A stretch of 55,060 bases of DNA. It comes from an uncultured Ruminococcus sp. (GTDB lineage Bacteria; Bacillota; Clostridia; Oscillospirales; CAG-272). The stretch spans positions 1-55,060 of the forward strand of contig CACZAZ010000005.1 in assembly GCA_902779285.1 (NCBI GenBank), in the 5' to 3' direction. Of the stretch, positions 35,776-45,114 are shown one piece after another; the stretch's first letter is position 1, and each line of letters begins with the position of its first letter. The notes under the pieces were generated by a model that was not told the origin of the DNA, made no database searches, and saw nothing but the letters and a program-made list of their open reading frames with translations. The position numbers were made by a program, and so were the translations under genes.

Positions 35776-36603
35776 ATGAGCCTGATCGATTTTCACACCC
35801 ACATATTTCCCGACAAGATCGCTCCCGCGGCGGTCGCCTCTCTCGCAGAAGCGGGCGGGACCAGACCCGAGGGAGGAACGGGGACGCTCGACGATCTCGA
35901 AGGGGTCGCCCTGCGGGAGGGGATCTCCCTGTGCGTCAATCTCCCCGTCGCGACCCGCCCCGATCAGGCGGCGTCGATCAACCGGTTCGCCCGGGAGGTC
36001 AACCGGCGCGAGGGTCGGGTCATCAGTTTCGGCGCGATCCATCCCGACGCCGCCGAGCCCGAACGCGAACTCGCGGAACTTGCCGAAGCGGGCTTCCGGG
36101 GGATCAAGCTGCACCCCGACTATCAGGGGCATTACGCCGACGATCCCGCGGTGATCCGGGTGGTGAAAGAAGCCAAGCGGCTGGGGCTGCATACCGTGTT
36201 CCACGGCGGGGTGGATATCGCGTTCCCGAACGACGTACACGCCGTGCCGGAACGGATCTCCCGTCTCCTTTCGGCTCTCGGGGAGGGAGAGGGCAAAGTG
36301 ATCGTCGCGCATATCGGCGGCTACCGCCTCTGGGACGACGTGGAGCGGGTGCTGGTCGGACGGGACGTCTTCTTCGACCTCTCTTACGGGATCGATCATC
36401 TGCCTCCCGAACAACTCCTGCGGATCGTTACGCGGCACGGGGCGGACAAGATCCTGTTCGGCTCGGATTACCCGTGGCGGGATCCCGCCGATATCGACCG
36501 GGTACTCTCGAAACTCCCGCTCTCGGACGAGCAGTTCTCGCTGATCCGTTCGGGGAACGCCGAGCGGCTGCTGGGGCTCGACACGTGCGCCCGCGCTGAA
36601 TAA
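35776..36603 (+). CDS. Amidohydrolase_2 family metal-dependent hydrolase
   Basis: IDFHTHIFP, GIKLHPDYQ, FHGG.D, AHIGG, LFGSDYPW; TTGATT-17-TATACT promoter at 35693-35721. Confidence 0.88.
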   Translation: MSLIDFHTHIFPDKIAPAAVASLAEAGGTRPEGGTGTLDDLEGVALREGISLCVNLPVATRPDQAASINRFAREVNRREGRVISFGAIHPDAAEPERELAELAEAGFRGIKLHPDYQGHYADDPAVIRVVKEAKRLGLHTVFHGGVDIAFPNDVHAVPERISRLLSALGEGEGKVIVAHIGGYRLWDDVERVLVGRDVFFDLSYGIDHLPPEQLLRIVTRHGADKILFGSDYPWRDPADIDRVLSKLPLSDEQFSLIRSGNAERLLGLDTCARAE

Positions 36604-36635
36604 TTACTCACCCCGCGTGAATAACTTTAGATAAT

Positions 36636-36664
36636 ATTGTATCATTGTGATAAGGGTTTGTCAA
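36636..36664 (-). promoter_or_regulatory. Near-consensus sigma-A promoter pointing antisense into the amidohydrolase gene
   Basis: Minus strand TTGACA-aacccttatcacaatga (17 nt)-TACAAT in an AT-rich island. Confidence 0.6.
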
Positions 36665-36752
36665 GGATAAATACACGATTTTTGCGGGCAAAATAACGAA
36701 TACCGAAAAGGGAAACCGACCGGGAGAACGAGACGGTGAAAGGGGAACGTGG

Positions 36753-37772
36753 ATGACGGATATACGGGAAGGCGCGGAACGGGATCTCGGGATCGGGATC
36801 GTCGGGACGGGAAAGATCAGCCGCCAATTCGCGGAGGCGCTCCGCCTGACGCCGGGCGTTGTCGCGCACACGGTCTACTCCCGGAAAGCCGAGACGGGCG
36901 AACTCTACGCGAAAGAGTGCGGAGTCCCCTCCTCGACCGACTCCTGGGAGGGGTTTTTGTCCGATCCCGCGATCGACGCGGTCTATATCGCCACGCCGAA
37001 CGTCGCGCATTTCGGGCAGGCGCTTGACGCATTGAAGGCGGGAAAGCACGTCCTCTGCGAGAAGCCGCTGACCACCGACACCGCCCGTTTCGACGTTCTC
37101 GCGCGGGAAGCGAAGGCGCGGGGGCTGGTTCTGATGGAGGGGATGCGGATCCTGCACGACCCGGTCTTCTCCCTGATCCGGAAGGCGGTCGCCCGGCTCG
37201 GGAAGATCAAGCGCGCCGAGTTCATCTACTGCCAGTACTCCTCTCGCTACGATAAATTCAAGGACGGGATCGTTCTGAACGCCTTCGATCCCGTGCTGTC
37301 GAACGCCGCGGTGATGGATATCGGCGTTTACCCCGTCGCGCTGAACGTCGCTCTCTTCGGCGTGACCGACGATCTTTCGGCTTCGTCGACCTTCCTTCAC
37401 AACGGATTCGAGGGCGCCGGGACCGCGACGCTCCGCTACGACGGATTCGAGTCGACCCTGACGTGGTCGAAGATCGCGGACGCGACCGCCCCCTCGGTCG
37501 TGACAGGCGAGTGCGGGTCGCTGATGATCGACCGGCTCTCGGGGACGACGCGGGTCGACTGCGCCGAGGCGGGCGGGAGAGCCGAGACCATCCCGTATTT
37601 TCCGTCCGGGAACAATATGATCTACGAGGCGGCGGATCTCCGCGACGCGATCCGGGGAAAACTCGATCCCGAGCCCTTCCTTGCGATCAGCCGGATGACC
37701 GTCGCGACCCTCGACAGGATCCGCCGCGCCGCCGGGATCTCCTTTCTCTCGGACACGCAGCCGATCGAATGA
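36753..37772 (+). CDS. Gfo/Idh/MocA family NAD(P)-dependent oxidoreductase
   Basis: GIVGTGKI, DAVYIATPN..H, GKHVLCEKP, YCQYSSRYD, MDIGVYP. Confidence 0.92.
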   Translation: MTDIREGAERDLGIGIVGTGKISRQFAEALRLTPGVVAHTVYSRKAETGELYAKECGVPSSTDSWEGFLSDPAIDAVYIATPNVAHFGQALDALKAGKHVLCEKPLTTDTARFDVLAREAKARGLVLMEGMRILHDPVFSLIRKAVARLGKIKRAEFIYCQYSSRYDKFKDGIVLNAFDPVLSNAAVMDIGVYPVALNVALFGVTDDLSASSTFLHNGFEGAGTATLRYDGFESTLTWSKIADATAPSVVTGECGSLMIDRLSGTTRVDCAEAGGRAETIPYFPSGNNMIYEAADLRDAIRGKLDPEPFLAISRMTVATLDRIRRAAGISFLSDTQPIE

Positions 37773-37987
37773 CGGGAAACCGTTCCGCGGAACGTATCTC
37801 CCCGTCCGGATAGAAAGGAATGTAAATAAATCTTTACATTCGTACCCGATTTCCTCAAAAACGACCGACCCGCGGGGATCCCGCGGGTCGGTGAATAAAA
37901 GGGCGATCAGAAAAACGGTCGTAAGAAAAGGGGACGCGGAAACGCTAAAGAGGGGAACGGGTCGAAAGCAAGCGGTTTCGGCGCGGG

Positions 37988-38428
37988 TCAGTTTTTCTGC
38001 TCCGCTTCTTCCCGCCGTTTCCTGTCGAGCCAGCTCTGCAGGATCAGTTCCGCCGAGAGCGCGTCGACCTTCTCCTTACGCTTTTTGCCGAAGGTCTCGG
38101 TCGCCGTGAGGAAACGCGACGCCTCCATCGTGGTCATCCGCTCGTCCTCAAAGCAGATCGGGAGGTCGGTCTCGTTTTTCAGAAGGTCGACGAAGGCGCG
38201 CACGATCTCGGCGCGGGGACCCTCGCTGCCGTCCATGTTCTTCGGGAGGCCCACCACGATCCCGACGGCGTTTTGATCCTTCGCGATCTTTGCCACCTCA
38301 ACGGCGGTATTCTTCATCCCGCCCGGCTTGATCGTGCCGACGGCGGACGCCATCAGCCCGAGCAGGTCGGACGAGGCGATCCCGGTGCGGACGTCGCCGT
38401 AATCCACGCCGATCAGTTTTCCGTTCAT
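37988..38428 (-). CDS. ruvX: Holliday junction resolvase-like / pre-16S rRNA nuclease RuvX (YqgF)
   Basis: GVDYGDVRTGIA.SD, VVGLPKNMDGSEG, DERMTT, VDALSA.LILQ. Confidence 0.95.
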   Translation of the reverse strand: MNGKLIGVDYGDVRTGIASSDLLGLMASAVGTIKPGGMKNTAVEVAKIAKDQNAVGIVVGLPKNMDGSEGPRAEIVRAFVDLLKNETDLPICFEDERMTTMEASRFLTATETFGKKRKEKVDALSAELILQSWLDRKRREEAEQKN

Positions 38429-38495
38429 AATCGTCTTCTTTCTGCCCGTTTGCGGGCGGATATATTCCGGAGAAACTCCGGGGAAAGGACTGCCG

Positions 38496-39341
38496 ATGAG
38501 AGACTATACGCTGTCCGACTGGGTCTATCCCGCGCTCCGCTGTCCGAAGTGTTCGTCGCCGCTCATAAGGGACGGGGGAAGCGTGCGCTGCGCGGCGGGG
38601 CATTCGTACGATCTGTCCGCGAAAGGCACGCTCAACCTGTCGCCCGCCGCCGGGAAAAACCACGGGGACGACGCCGAAATGATCGCCTCTCGCCGCCGCT
38701 TTCTCGAAACGGGGTGCTACGCGCCGCTCGCCTCCGCCCTCTCGGACGAGATCGCGGAGCGGACCGGAGACGGATCTCCCTTGCTCCTCGACGCCGGGTG
38801 CGGCGAGGGGTACTATACCGCCGCCGTTTCCCGCAAACTGCCGACGGCGCGCCTGTTGGGGCTCGATCTCTCGCCCGAGGCGGTGAGGGCGCTCGCCGGA
38901 CGGGACGAGGCGCGGGCGGGGCGGATCTTTCCCCTTGTTGCGGGGGTCTACCGCCTGCCGCTTGCGGACGGGTCGGTCGACGGGGTGATCTCCGCGTTCT
39001 CGCCCTACGCGGGGGAGGAGTTCCGGCGCGTTTTGCGGCGGGGCGGGTATCTGTTCCGCGCGATCCCCGACCGGCGGCACCTGTTCGCCCTGAAGGAAGT
39101 TTTGTACGATCTGCCCTACGAGAACGAGGTCGCGGATTTTGAAGAAAAGGGGTTCGCGTTCTGCGGCGCGAAGGAGATCAAGACGGTCTTTACCCTGAAA
39201 ACCCCATCCGAGATCGCGGATCTTCTCGGGATGACCCCGTACGCGTACCGCACCCCGCCCGCGGGAAAGGAGCGGCTCGCCAAGTTGACGGAACTCACCG
39301 TCGGGGCGGAGTTTCTTCTGCTTACCTATCGGCGGGAGTGA
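38496..39341 (+). CDS. RlmA-like 23S rRNA m1G methyltransferase
   Basis: CPKC...C..GHSYD zinc finger, HGDD.EM...RR.FL, LDAGCGEGYY, HL..LK..LY, MTPY. Confidence 0.85.
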   Translation: MRDYTLSDWVYPALRCPKCSSPLIRDGGSVRCAAGHSYDLSAKGTLNLSPAAGKNHGDDAEMIASRRRFLETGCYAPLASALSDEIAERTGDGSPLLLDAGCGEGYYTAAVSRKLPTARLLGLDLSPEAVRALAGRDEARAGRIFPLVAGVYRLPLADGSVDGVISAFSPYAGEEFRRVLRRGGYLFRAIPDRRHLFALKEVLYDLPYENEVADFEEKGFAFCGAKEIKTVFTLKTPSEIADLLGMTPYAYRTPPAGKERLAKLTELTVGAEFLLLTYRRE

Positions 39342-40419
39342 CCTCGTCGGGGAGGAATACCGTAAAGGTCGCTCCCTCTCCGGGGCTTGACTTGACGTCG
39401 ATCCGTCCGCCGTGCAGTTCGACGATCCGTTTGACCAGCGGCAGCCCCAGCCCGTTGCCCTCCGCCTTATGGGAGGTGTCGCCCTGGAAGAACGCCTCGA
39501 AGATATGCTTCTCGGTTTCGTTGTCCATCCCGGCGCCGTTGTCCGAGACGACGACCGTGACCCCGCCCTCGGTCCTCACGCAGGAGACGCGGATCACGCC
39601 GCCCTCGTCGGGGCAGAACTTGATCGCGTTCGAGAGCAGATTCTCCCAGACGTGAAAGAGCATTTCGGAGTTGGAGGAATAGGTGACGGTCTCGTCCAGA
39701 TCGAGCGAAAGCCCGATCTTTTTTTTGGTCCAGTCGCGCTCCTGCATTAAAATCGCGTCGCGGAGCTGTTCGGTCAGATCGAACGATTCGCGCTCCGAGA
39801 TGATGCGCTGGTTTTCGAGTTTGGAGAGCAGAAGGATCGCGGTGGTCATCCCGGTCAGGCGGTCGCACGCCTCGGTGATGATGCGGATGTATTCCGCCCG
39901 TTCCGAATCCGAGAGCGCGGGGTCCGCAAGTTCGCGGACGTAGCCGCGGATGGCGTTCAGGGGGGTCTTGAACTCATGCGAGACGTTCCCGATAAAGTCC
40001 TTGCGGAAGATCTCGATGCCAGACAGTTCGCGCTCCATGTCGTTGAAGGACTCGATCAGCCGGCTGAACTGGTTTTTGCGGAAACGGACCGGGATCGGCG
40101 TCGAGAAATCGCCCCTCGCGATGCGTTCGGTCGCGCGGATCAGATCGTCGACCGGGCGCAGGATTTGCTTGGAAACGATGATCGAGAAGAAGGTGCCGAG
40201 CAGGAGGCTGGCGGGCAGGGCGATCAGGACCAGAACGACCGGCGTATAGCGCGTAAAGCCGTCCGGGTTGGCGTGATAGACCGCCGAGGCAGCGCCGCCC
40301 GCGATGACCGAGGAGGCAAGCATAATGAGAAAGACCGAGCCGATCATGGTGAAGCGGAAGGAGTGGAAGATCGCCCCGATCCGCCGCTTCAGCCCGCGAA
40401 AGAAACCGCCGAACGTCAT
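39322..40419 (-). CDS. HAMP-domain sensor histidine kinase (HssS-like)
   Basis: Two TMs, HAMP, NVSHEFKTPL (H box), NLLSNAIKF, DNGAGM, FFQGDTSH, GNGLGL. Confidence 0.92.
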   Translation of the reverse strand: MTFGGFFRGLKRRIGAIFHSFRFTMIGSVFLIMLASSVIAGGAASAVYHANPDGFTRYTPVVLVLIALPASLLLGTFFSIIVSKQILRPVDDLIRATERIARGDFSTPIPVRFRKNQFSRLIESFNDMERELSGIEIFRKDFIGNVSHEFKTPLNAIRGYVRELADPALSDSERAEYIRIITEACDRLTGMTTAILLLSKLENQRIISERESFDLTEQLRDAILMQERDWTKKKIGLSLDLDETVTYSSNSEMLFHVWENLLSNAIKFCPDEGGVIRVSCVRTEGGVTVVVSDNGAGMDNETEKHIFEAFFQGDTSHKAEGNGLGLPLVKRIVELHGGRIDVKSSPGEGATFTVFLPDEVTPADR

Positions 40420-41105
40420 TTCTTATCCTCCCCGTTCACGTTGGCGCGGTAGCCCAGCCCCCGGATGGTCACGATCTCAAAGTCGGGACAGTCGGGGAAA
40501 CGGTCGCGCAGCCGCTTGATATGCACGTCGACGGTGCGCTCGTCGGTATCCGATTCCATCCCCCAGAGTTCGTCCATCAACTGACGCCGGGTGAAGATCT
40601 TGCCGGGGTAGGAGAGCAGTTTGAAAAGAAGCAGGAACTCTTTTTGGGGCAGGATCTGCTCGCCCTCGCCGGATCCGGTCACCGAGAGCGCGTCGTAATT
40701 CAGGGTGTAGCGCCCGACGGTCAGCCGCCGCTCGGTCGCGATCTTCGCCCGCCTCAGCAGAGCGGAGACGCGGAGCAGCAGTTCCTCCTCGTCGATGGGC
40801 TTGACCATATAGTCGTCCGCCCCGGCGGAGAACGCCTCGCGTTTGTCGGAGAGCGATCCCTTCGCCGTGGTCATCAGGATCGGGGTCTCGTAGCGGCTGC
40901 CCCGGACGGCGCGGATGAACTCGAACCCGTCCATCCCCGGCATCATCACGTCCAGAAGGAACAGATCGACGTGATGGCGGTCCATCAGTTCGAGCGCCTC
41001 CGCCGCGTCGGACGCGGGGATGGGATCGTAACCGCCGCGGCGCAGTACCTGACACGTCAGGCGTCTGGTCACCTCGTCGTCCTCAACGACCATAACGGCA
41101 AACAT
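40416..41105 (-). CDS. OmpR-family response regulator (HssR-like)
   Basis: VVEDD, LDVMMPGMDG, TAKG, GADDYMVKP, LPQKEFLLLFKLLSYP.KIFTR.QLMDE.WG, RTVDVHIKRLR; AGGAGG RBS. Confidence 0.92.
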   Translation of the reverse strand: MFAVMVVEDDEVTRRLTCQVLRRGGYDPIPASDAAEALELMDRHHVDLFLLDVMMPGMDGFEFIRAVRGSRYETPILMTTAKGSLSDKREAFSAGADDYMVKPIDEEELLLRVSALLRRAKIATERRLTVGRYTLNYDALSVTGSGEGEQILPQKEFLLLFKLLSYPGKIFTRRQLMDELWGMESDTDERTVDVHIKRLRDRFPDCPDFEIVTIRGLGYRANVNGEDKK

Positions 41106-41307
41106 CGGTCTTCCTCCTTTTTCGGTCGGTTTTATTGGCAAGTTTGGCGACGTTCGCATAGAATACGAACGGAAAAAGCAACGACTTCCACAAATCGTTA
41201 ATAAAGAATTCTTTGTGCGTTCACACTCAAGTCATATATTACTGCTACAATTCGTCCTATCCCGTACGGGGCGGAACGCTCCGGGGACGGAAGGAGGATC
41301 TCTCGCT

Positions 41308-41646
41308 ATGGAAATGATCGGTCAGACCGTAAAACATAAAACGCTCGGAGAGGGGACGGTCGAGGCGGCGAACGGCAAATATCTGTCGATCCGCTTCGGA
41401 TGCGGGCTCAAGACCTTCGTATATCCCGACACCTTCGGAAAGTTCCTTTCCGCCGTCGATCCGGCGTTTGCCGAACAGGTCGAAAACGACCTTGCGGCGG
41501 GCAGGAGCGAAAAGGAGAAGACCGAGGCGCTTCGCCGCGAAGAAGCCAAGTGCTTCCGGAGCGGCATCGTGATCCCCGGCCGCGCCGCGCAGCCCGAGGA
41601 CGAGGGGCAGAGCGCGTACGTAAAGGACGACGGGGAAGACCTGTAA
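41308..41646 (+). CDS. Small hypothetical protein with a Tudor/SH3-like N-terminus (PcrA/UvrD C-terminal-like)
   Basis: AGGAGG RBS; IGQTVKHKTLGEGTV...I.F..G.KTF.YPD.F..FL. Confidence 0.7.
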   Translation: MEMIGQTVKHKTLGEGTVEAANGKYLSIRFGCGLKTFVYPDTFGKFLSAVDPAFAEQVENDLAAGRSEKEKTEALRREEAKCFRSGIVIPGRAAQPEDEGQSAYVKDDGEDL

Positions 41647-41786
41647 CGGGGCGCCGTATACGGCGCGGAACGAAAAACGCGGTTGATTTGATGACGGAAT
41701 AAGAGCGGAAGGATCTGCGATTCTCACGGAGTCGGACGAAAGCGGTGAGAATCCTCCGGATCCTTCCGTTTTTTAAGCGCGTTTCC

Positions 41787-41843
41787 ATCCCCCCTCTCAC
41801 CCTCTCGACGCATCCGGATACGCCTTCGGAGTGAGAGCGGGAT
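41787..41843. repeat. 58-bp dispersed inverted-repeat element, copy 2
   Basis: ATCCCCCCTCTCACCCTCTCG...CCTTCGGAGTGAGAGCGGGAT, collinear with 26573-26630. Confidence 0.75.
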
Positions 41844-41971
41844 CCCGCGTCAAAAACCGATGTCCCGTTTTGACGGTTTTATTTTACCACGGCGGGCGAA
41901 AAAAATCAAGTTCAGGTGGACAATTCGGGAAAACTGTGCTACAATAGACAAAAACGGAAAGGGGAGACGGA

Positions 41972-42631
41972 ATGGGCGTTCTCGGGCGTTACGATACGCT
42001 GGTCTGGGACTTCAACGGCACGCTGCTCGACGACGTGGATCTCGGGATCGAATGCGCGAACGAGATGCTCGCCCGGCGGGGGCTTCCCGTCATCCCCGAC
42101 CGCGACCGCTATTTTGAACTGTTCGGGTTTCCGATCGAGGACTATTACCGCCGGCTGGGGTTCGATTTTTCGCGCGAGCCCTACGAGGTTTTGGCGCACG
42201 AATGGATCGCGGAATACCGCAGCCGCGAACGCTCCGTACCGCTTCGCAAAGGGGCTGCCGAGCTGCTCGCAGAGGTGAAAGCGGCGGGGGTCAAACAGGC
42301 GGTGCTGTCCGCGACCGAATCGAAGATGCTGAAGGAACAGCTCTTTGATCTCGGCATCCTCGGCTTCTTCGACGAGGTAGTGGGTCGGGGGGATATCTAT
42401 GCGCCCGACAAGACCGGGCTCGCCCGCCGCTGGGCGGAGGAGCGGAAACCGGGGCGCTGTCTTCTGATCGGGGATACCGAACACGATCTCGCCTGCGCCG
42501 GAGCGGCGGGATTCGACTGCCTGCTCGTCCGGGGCGGGCATACCTCGGACGCGGATCTCGACGCGCTGGGATGTACGGTCCTTGCCGATCTGTACGCCGT
42601 GAAGGAGGTGCTGTTCGGTGCTGAAACTTGA
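41972..42631 (+). CDS. HAD-family hydrolase (phosphoglycolate phosphatase-like)
   Basis: WDFNGTLLDD, FGFPIEDYY, LSA, LIGDTEHD, GGH. Confidence 0.9.
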   Translation: MGVLGRYDTLVWDFNGTLLDDVDLGIECANEMLARRGLPVIPDRDRYFELFGFPIEDYYRRLGFDFSREPYEVLAHEWIAEYRSRERSVPLRKGAAELLAEVKAAGVKQAVLSATESKMLKEQLFDLGILGFFDEVVGRGDIYAPDKTGLARRWAEERKPGRCLLIGDTEHDLACAGAAGFDCLLVRGGHTSDADLDALGCTVLADLYAVKEVLFGAET

Positions 42632-43313
42632 CCGCGAAGGCGAGGAATTCGTCTTCGCAAACGAGTGGGATATTCTGATCCCCGTCGAACTGTGCGAAAC
42701 CCCCGAAGCGGGACTGACCGTGACCGTGATCCCGCGGCTGAAGAAGCTCGGACGCGAATTTGTAAGGAAATTTGCGGACCGCCCCTTTTCCCGCGAGGCG
42801 CTGGAATGGCTCAGGACCGGGATCGCCGGGGTGAGCGCGGACTGGGGCTATCCCGTCGGGCGTCACTCGGTGCGGCATTGCCGGATCTTCCGCTTTCCCG
42901 AGGGGGAGACGCCGCGCGAGCCGCTCCCCGGCGGGCGCGTGCTGACCGAAGCCGACGAGGAGATCAACGAAACGACTTTCGATATCGCGGAGAGCGTCCG
43001 CGACGGGCGGCTCTGTTTCGGGCAGGAGGTCGGCGGGAGGATCGCGTCGGTCGCCGTGACCCACGCCTCGCCCGACGAACGCGAGAGGGGCGGGACGCTG
43101 GAGATCGGGATCGAGACCGTCCCACGGGCGCGTTTGCGCGGCTACGCGGCGTCGTGCCTTCTCGGACTGACCCGAATGATCCTCGATCACGGGCTGATCC
43201 CCGAATATCGCTGCACCTGTTCCAACGCGGCGTCGGCAAAGGTCGCGCGGGCGGCGGGATACGTACAGATCGGGGAGGCGTGTTCGTTCGTTCTGCGGAG
43301 AGCGGGACGGTAA
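42618..43313 (+). CDS. GNAT-family acetyltransferase
   Basis: EIGIETVP.AR.RGYA, N.AS.KVA.AAGY; GGAGG RBS, GTG start. Confidence 0.8.
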   Translation: MLKLDREGEEFVFANEWDILIPVELCETPEAGLTVTVIPRLKKLGREFVRKFADRPFSREALEWLRTGIAGVSADWGYPVGRHSVRHCRIFRFPEGETPREPLPGGRVLTEADEEINETTFDIAESVRDGRLCFGQEVGGRIASVAVTHASPDERERGGTLEIGIETVPRARLRGYAASCLLGLTRMILDHGLIPEYRCTCSNAASAKVARAAGYVQIGEACSFVLRRAGR

Positions 43314-43351
43314 GCAAATAAAACTTTACAAACCGAAAGGAGGGGAACAGT

Positions 43352-45109
43352 ATGGCGTTCGACGCGGGGATGCTTCGCGCGGTGCTTCGCGAGATCAATC
43401 GGGAGACTGGCGAAGGCGCGAAACTCGAAAAGATCTATCAGCCGGCGCGCGACGAAGTGACGCTGACCCTCCGGATGGGGAAGAATATCCGGCGGCTGGT
43501 CATCAACGCCGGGACCTCCTCTCCCAGGGTATGCCTTTCGGATCTGTCCCGCGAGAATCCGACGGTCGCGCCCATGTTCTGTATGCTGCTCCGCAAACAC
43601 CTTGCCGGGGCGCGGCTGCTCCGCTGCGAGCAGATCGGGTTCGAGCGGGCGGCGCGGTTCGTGTTCGCGGGCTACGACGAGATGGGCTACGCGACCGAGA
43701 AGTCGCTTATCGCGGAGGTGATGGGGAAGTACAGCAACTTGATGCTCCTCGACGCCTCCGACAAGATCGCGGCGGTTTTGCGCCCGGTCGATTTCACCAC
43801 CAGCCGCCTGCGGCAGGTATTGCCCGGGATGACGTACGAACTGCCCCCTCCGCAGGGAAAGGCGTCCCCGATCGGGGAGACGAGGGAGGGGTTTTTCGCA
43901 AAATACGAGGCGTATCCCCCGGAACTGCCGCTTGATAAGTTCATTCTGTCTACCTATCTCGGCACGTCAAGACAGGTCGCGCAACAGATCGCGTTCCTTG
44001 CCGGGGGTCCCGACGCGCTCTGCCGGGACGTGACCGCGGACGCGGTGTGGGCGGTCTTTTCCAAGTGGTTTGCCGATCTCGACGCGGGGCGGGTGACCCC
44101 GACCCTGGTGCTTTCCCCCGACGGAACGCCGGTCGATTTCGCCTACGCGCCCGAGACCTATCGCGGGGCGGGGTACGAAAACAGGGTCTGTCCCGATTTC
44201 GCGGGGCTATTCGACGCGTTCTTTGCCGAGCGCGACCGGATCGAGCGTACGCGGCAGCGGGCGCAGGACCTGATCCGTCTGCTCTCGGCGGCGAAGGGGC
44301 GGCTCGTGCGGAAACTCGACGCGCAGACGGCGGAACTTGCCGACACCGCGAAGGGGGAGGAGTACCGCCGGACGGGGGACCTGATCATAGCGAATCTTTA
44401 TCGGCTCCGGCGCGGGGATCGGATCGCGTCGCTCTACGACTATACGCTCGACCCGCCCGCGGAGGTGACGGTCGAACTCGATCCGCGCCTCTCGCCGTCC
44501 GACAACGCCGAGCGCTTCTACAAGCACTATCGCAAATCCAAAACCGCAAAAGCGGTTTTGAGTGAGCAGATCGAACGCTGCCGCGCGGAGATCGAGTATC
44601 TCGATTCGGTGGAGAGTTTTCTCGACCGTGCGGAGACCGAGCAGGACCTTGCGGATATCCGCGACGAACTTTATCGCGCCGGGTACGCGTCGCGGATGAA
44701 GAATTACGCCCCCGCGAAACAGAACAAGCCGTCGAAACCCACCGAGACGGTGACGCCGGGCGGGTACCGGGTGCTGATCGGGCGGAACAATCTGCAGAAC
44801 GACCGCCTGACTTTCAAGGTGGCGGCGCGGGGCGATCTCTGGTTCCACGCGAAGGGGGTGCCGGGGTCGCACGTGATCCTGCTCTGCGACGGGGCGGAGC
44901 CCTCCGCAGAGGATTATACCTTCGCGGCGTCGCTCGCGGCGGGTTACTCGAAAGCCAATGCCGCCGGGGGCGCGACCGTCCCGGTGGACTATACCCGCGT
45001 GTGCAACGTGAAGAAGCCCGCGGGGGCGAGACCGGGGTTTGTGATCTATAAGACCAATTATACGGCGTACGTTCTGCCGAGGAGGATCGGAGAATGGGAA
45101 AAGGGTTGA
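43352..45109 (+). CDS. rqcH: Ribosome quality control protein RqcH (NFACT/FbpA)
   Basis: MAFDA, KIYQP, PMFCMLLRKHL.G, EVMGKYSN, RQVLPG.TY, NA.RFYK.Y.K.K, GRNNLQND.LT, WFHAKG.PGSHV, VDYT. Confidence 0.93.
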   Translation: MAFDAGMLRAVLREINRETGEGAKLEKIYQPARDEVTLTLRMGKNIRRLVINAGTSSPRVCLSDLSRENPTVAPMFCMLLRKHLAGARLLRCEQIGFERAARFVFAGYDEMGYATEKSLIAEVMGKYSNLMLLDASDKIAAVLRPVDFTTSRLRQVLPGMTYELPPPQGKASPIGETREGFFAKYEAYPPELPLDKFILSTYLGTSRQVAQQIAFLAGGPDALCRDVTADAVWAVFSKWFADLDAGRVTPTLVLSPDGTPVDFAYAPETYRGAGYENRVCPDFAGLFDAFFAERDRIERTRQRAQDLIRLLSAAKGRLVRKLDAQTAELADTAKGEEYRRTGDLIIANLYRLRRGDRIASLYDYTLDPPAEVTVELDPRLSPSDNAERFYKHYRKSKTAKAVLSEQIERCRAEIEYLDSVESFLDRAETEQDLADIRDELYRAGYASRMKNYAPAKQNKPSKPTETVTPGGYRVLIGRNNLQNDRLTFKVAARGDLWFHAKGVPGSHVILLCDGAEPSAEDYTFAASLAAGYSKANAAGGATVPVDYTRVCNVKKPAGARPGFVIYKTNYTAYVLPRRIGEWEKG

Positions 45110-45114
45110 ACAAT

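Noticed and set aside
36645-36665. TTGTGATAAGGGTTTGTCAA as a Rex or CRP/FNR operator
   Set aside because: Arm spacing and the right half do not fit the 18-bp Rex or TGTGA-N6-TCACA consensus well enough
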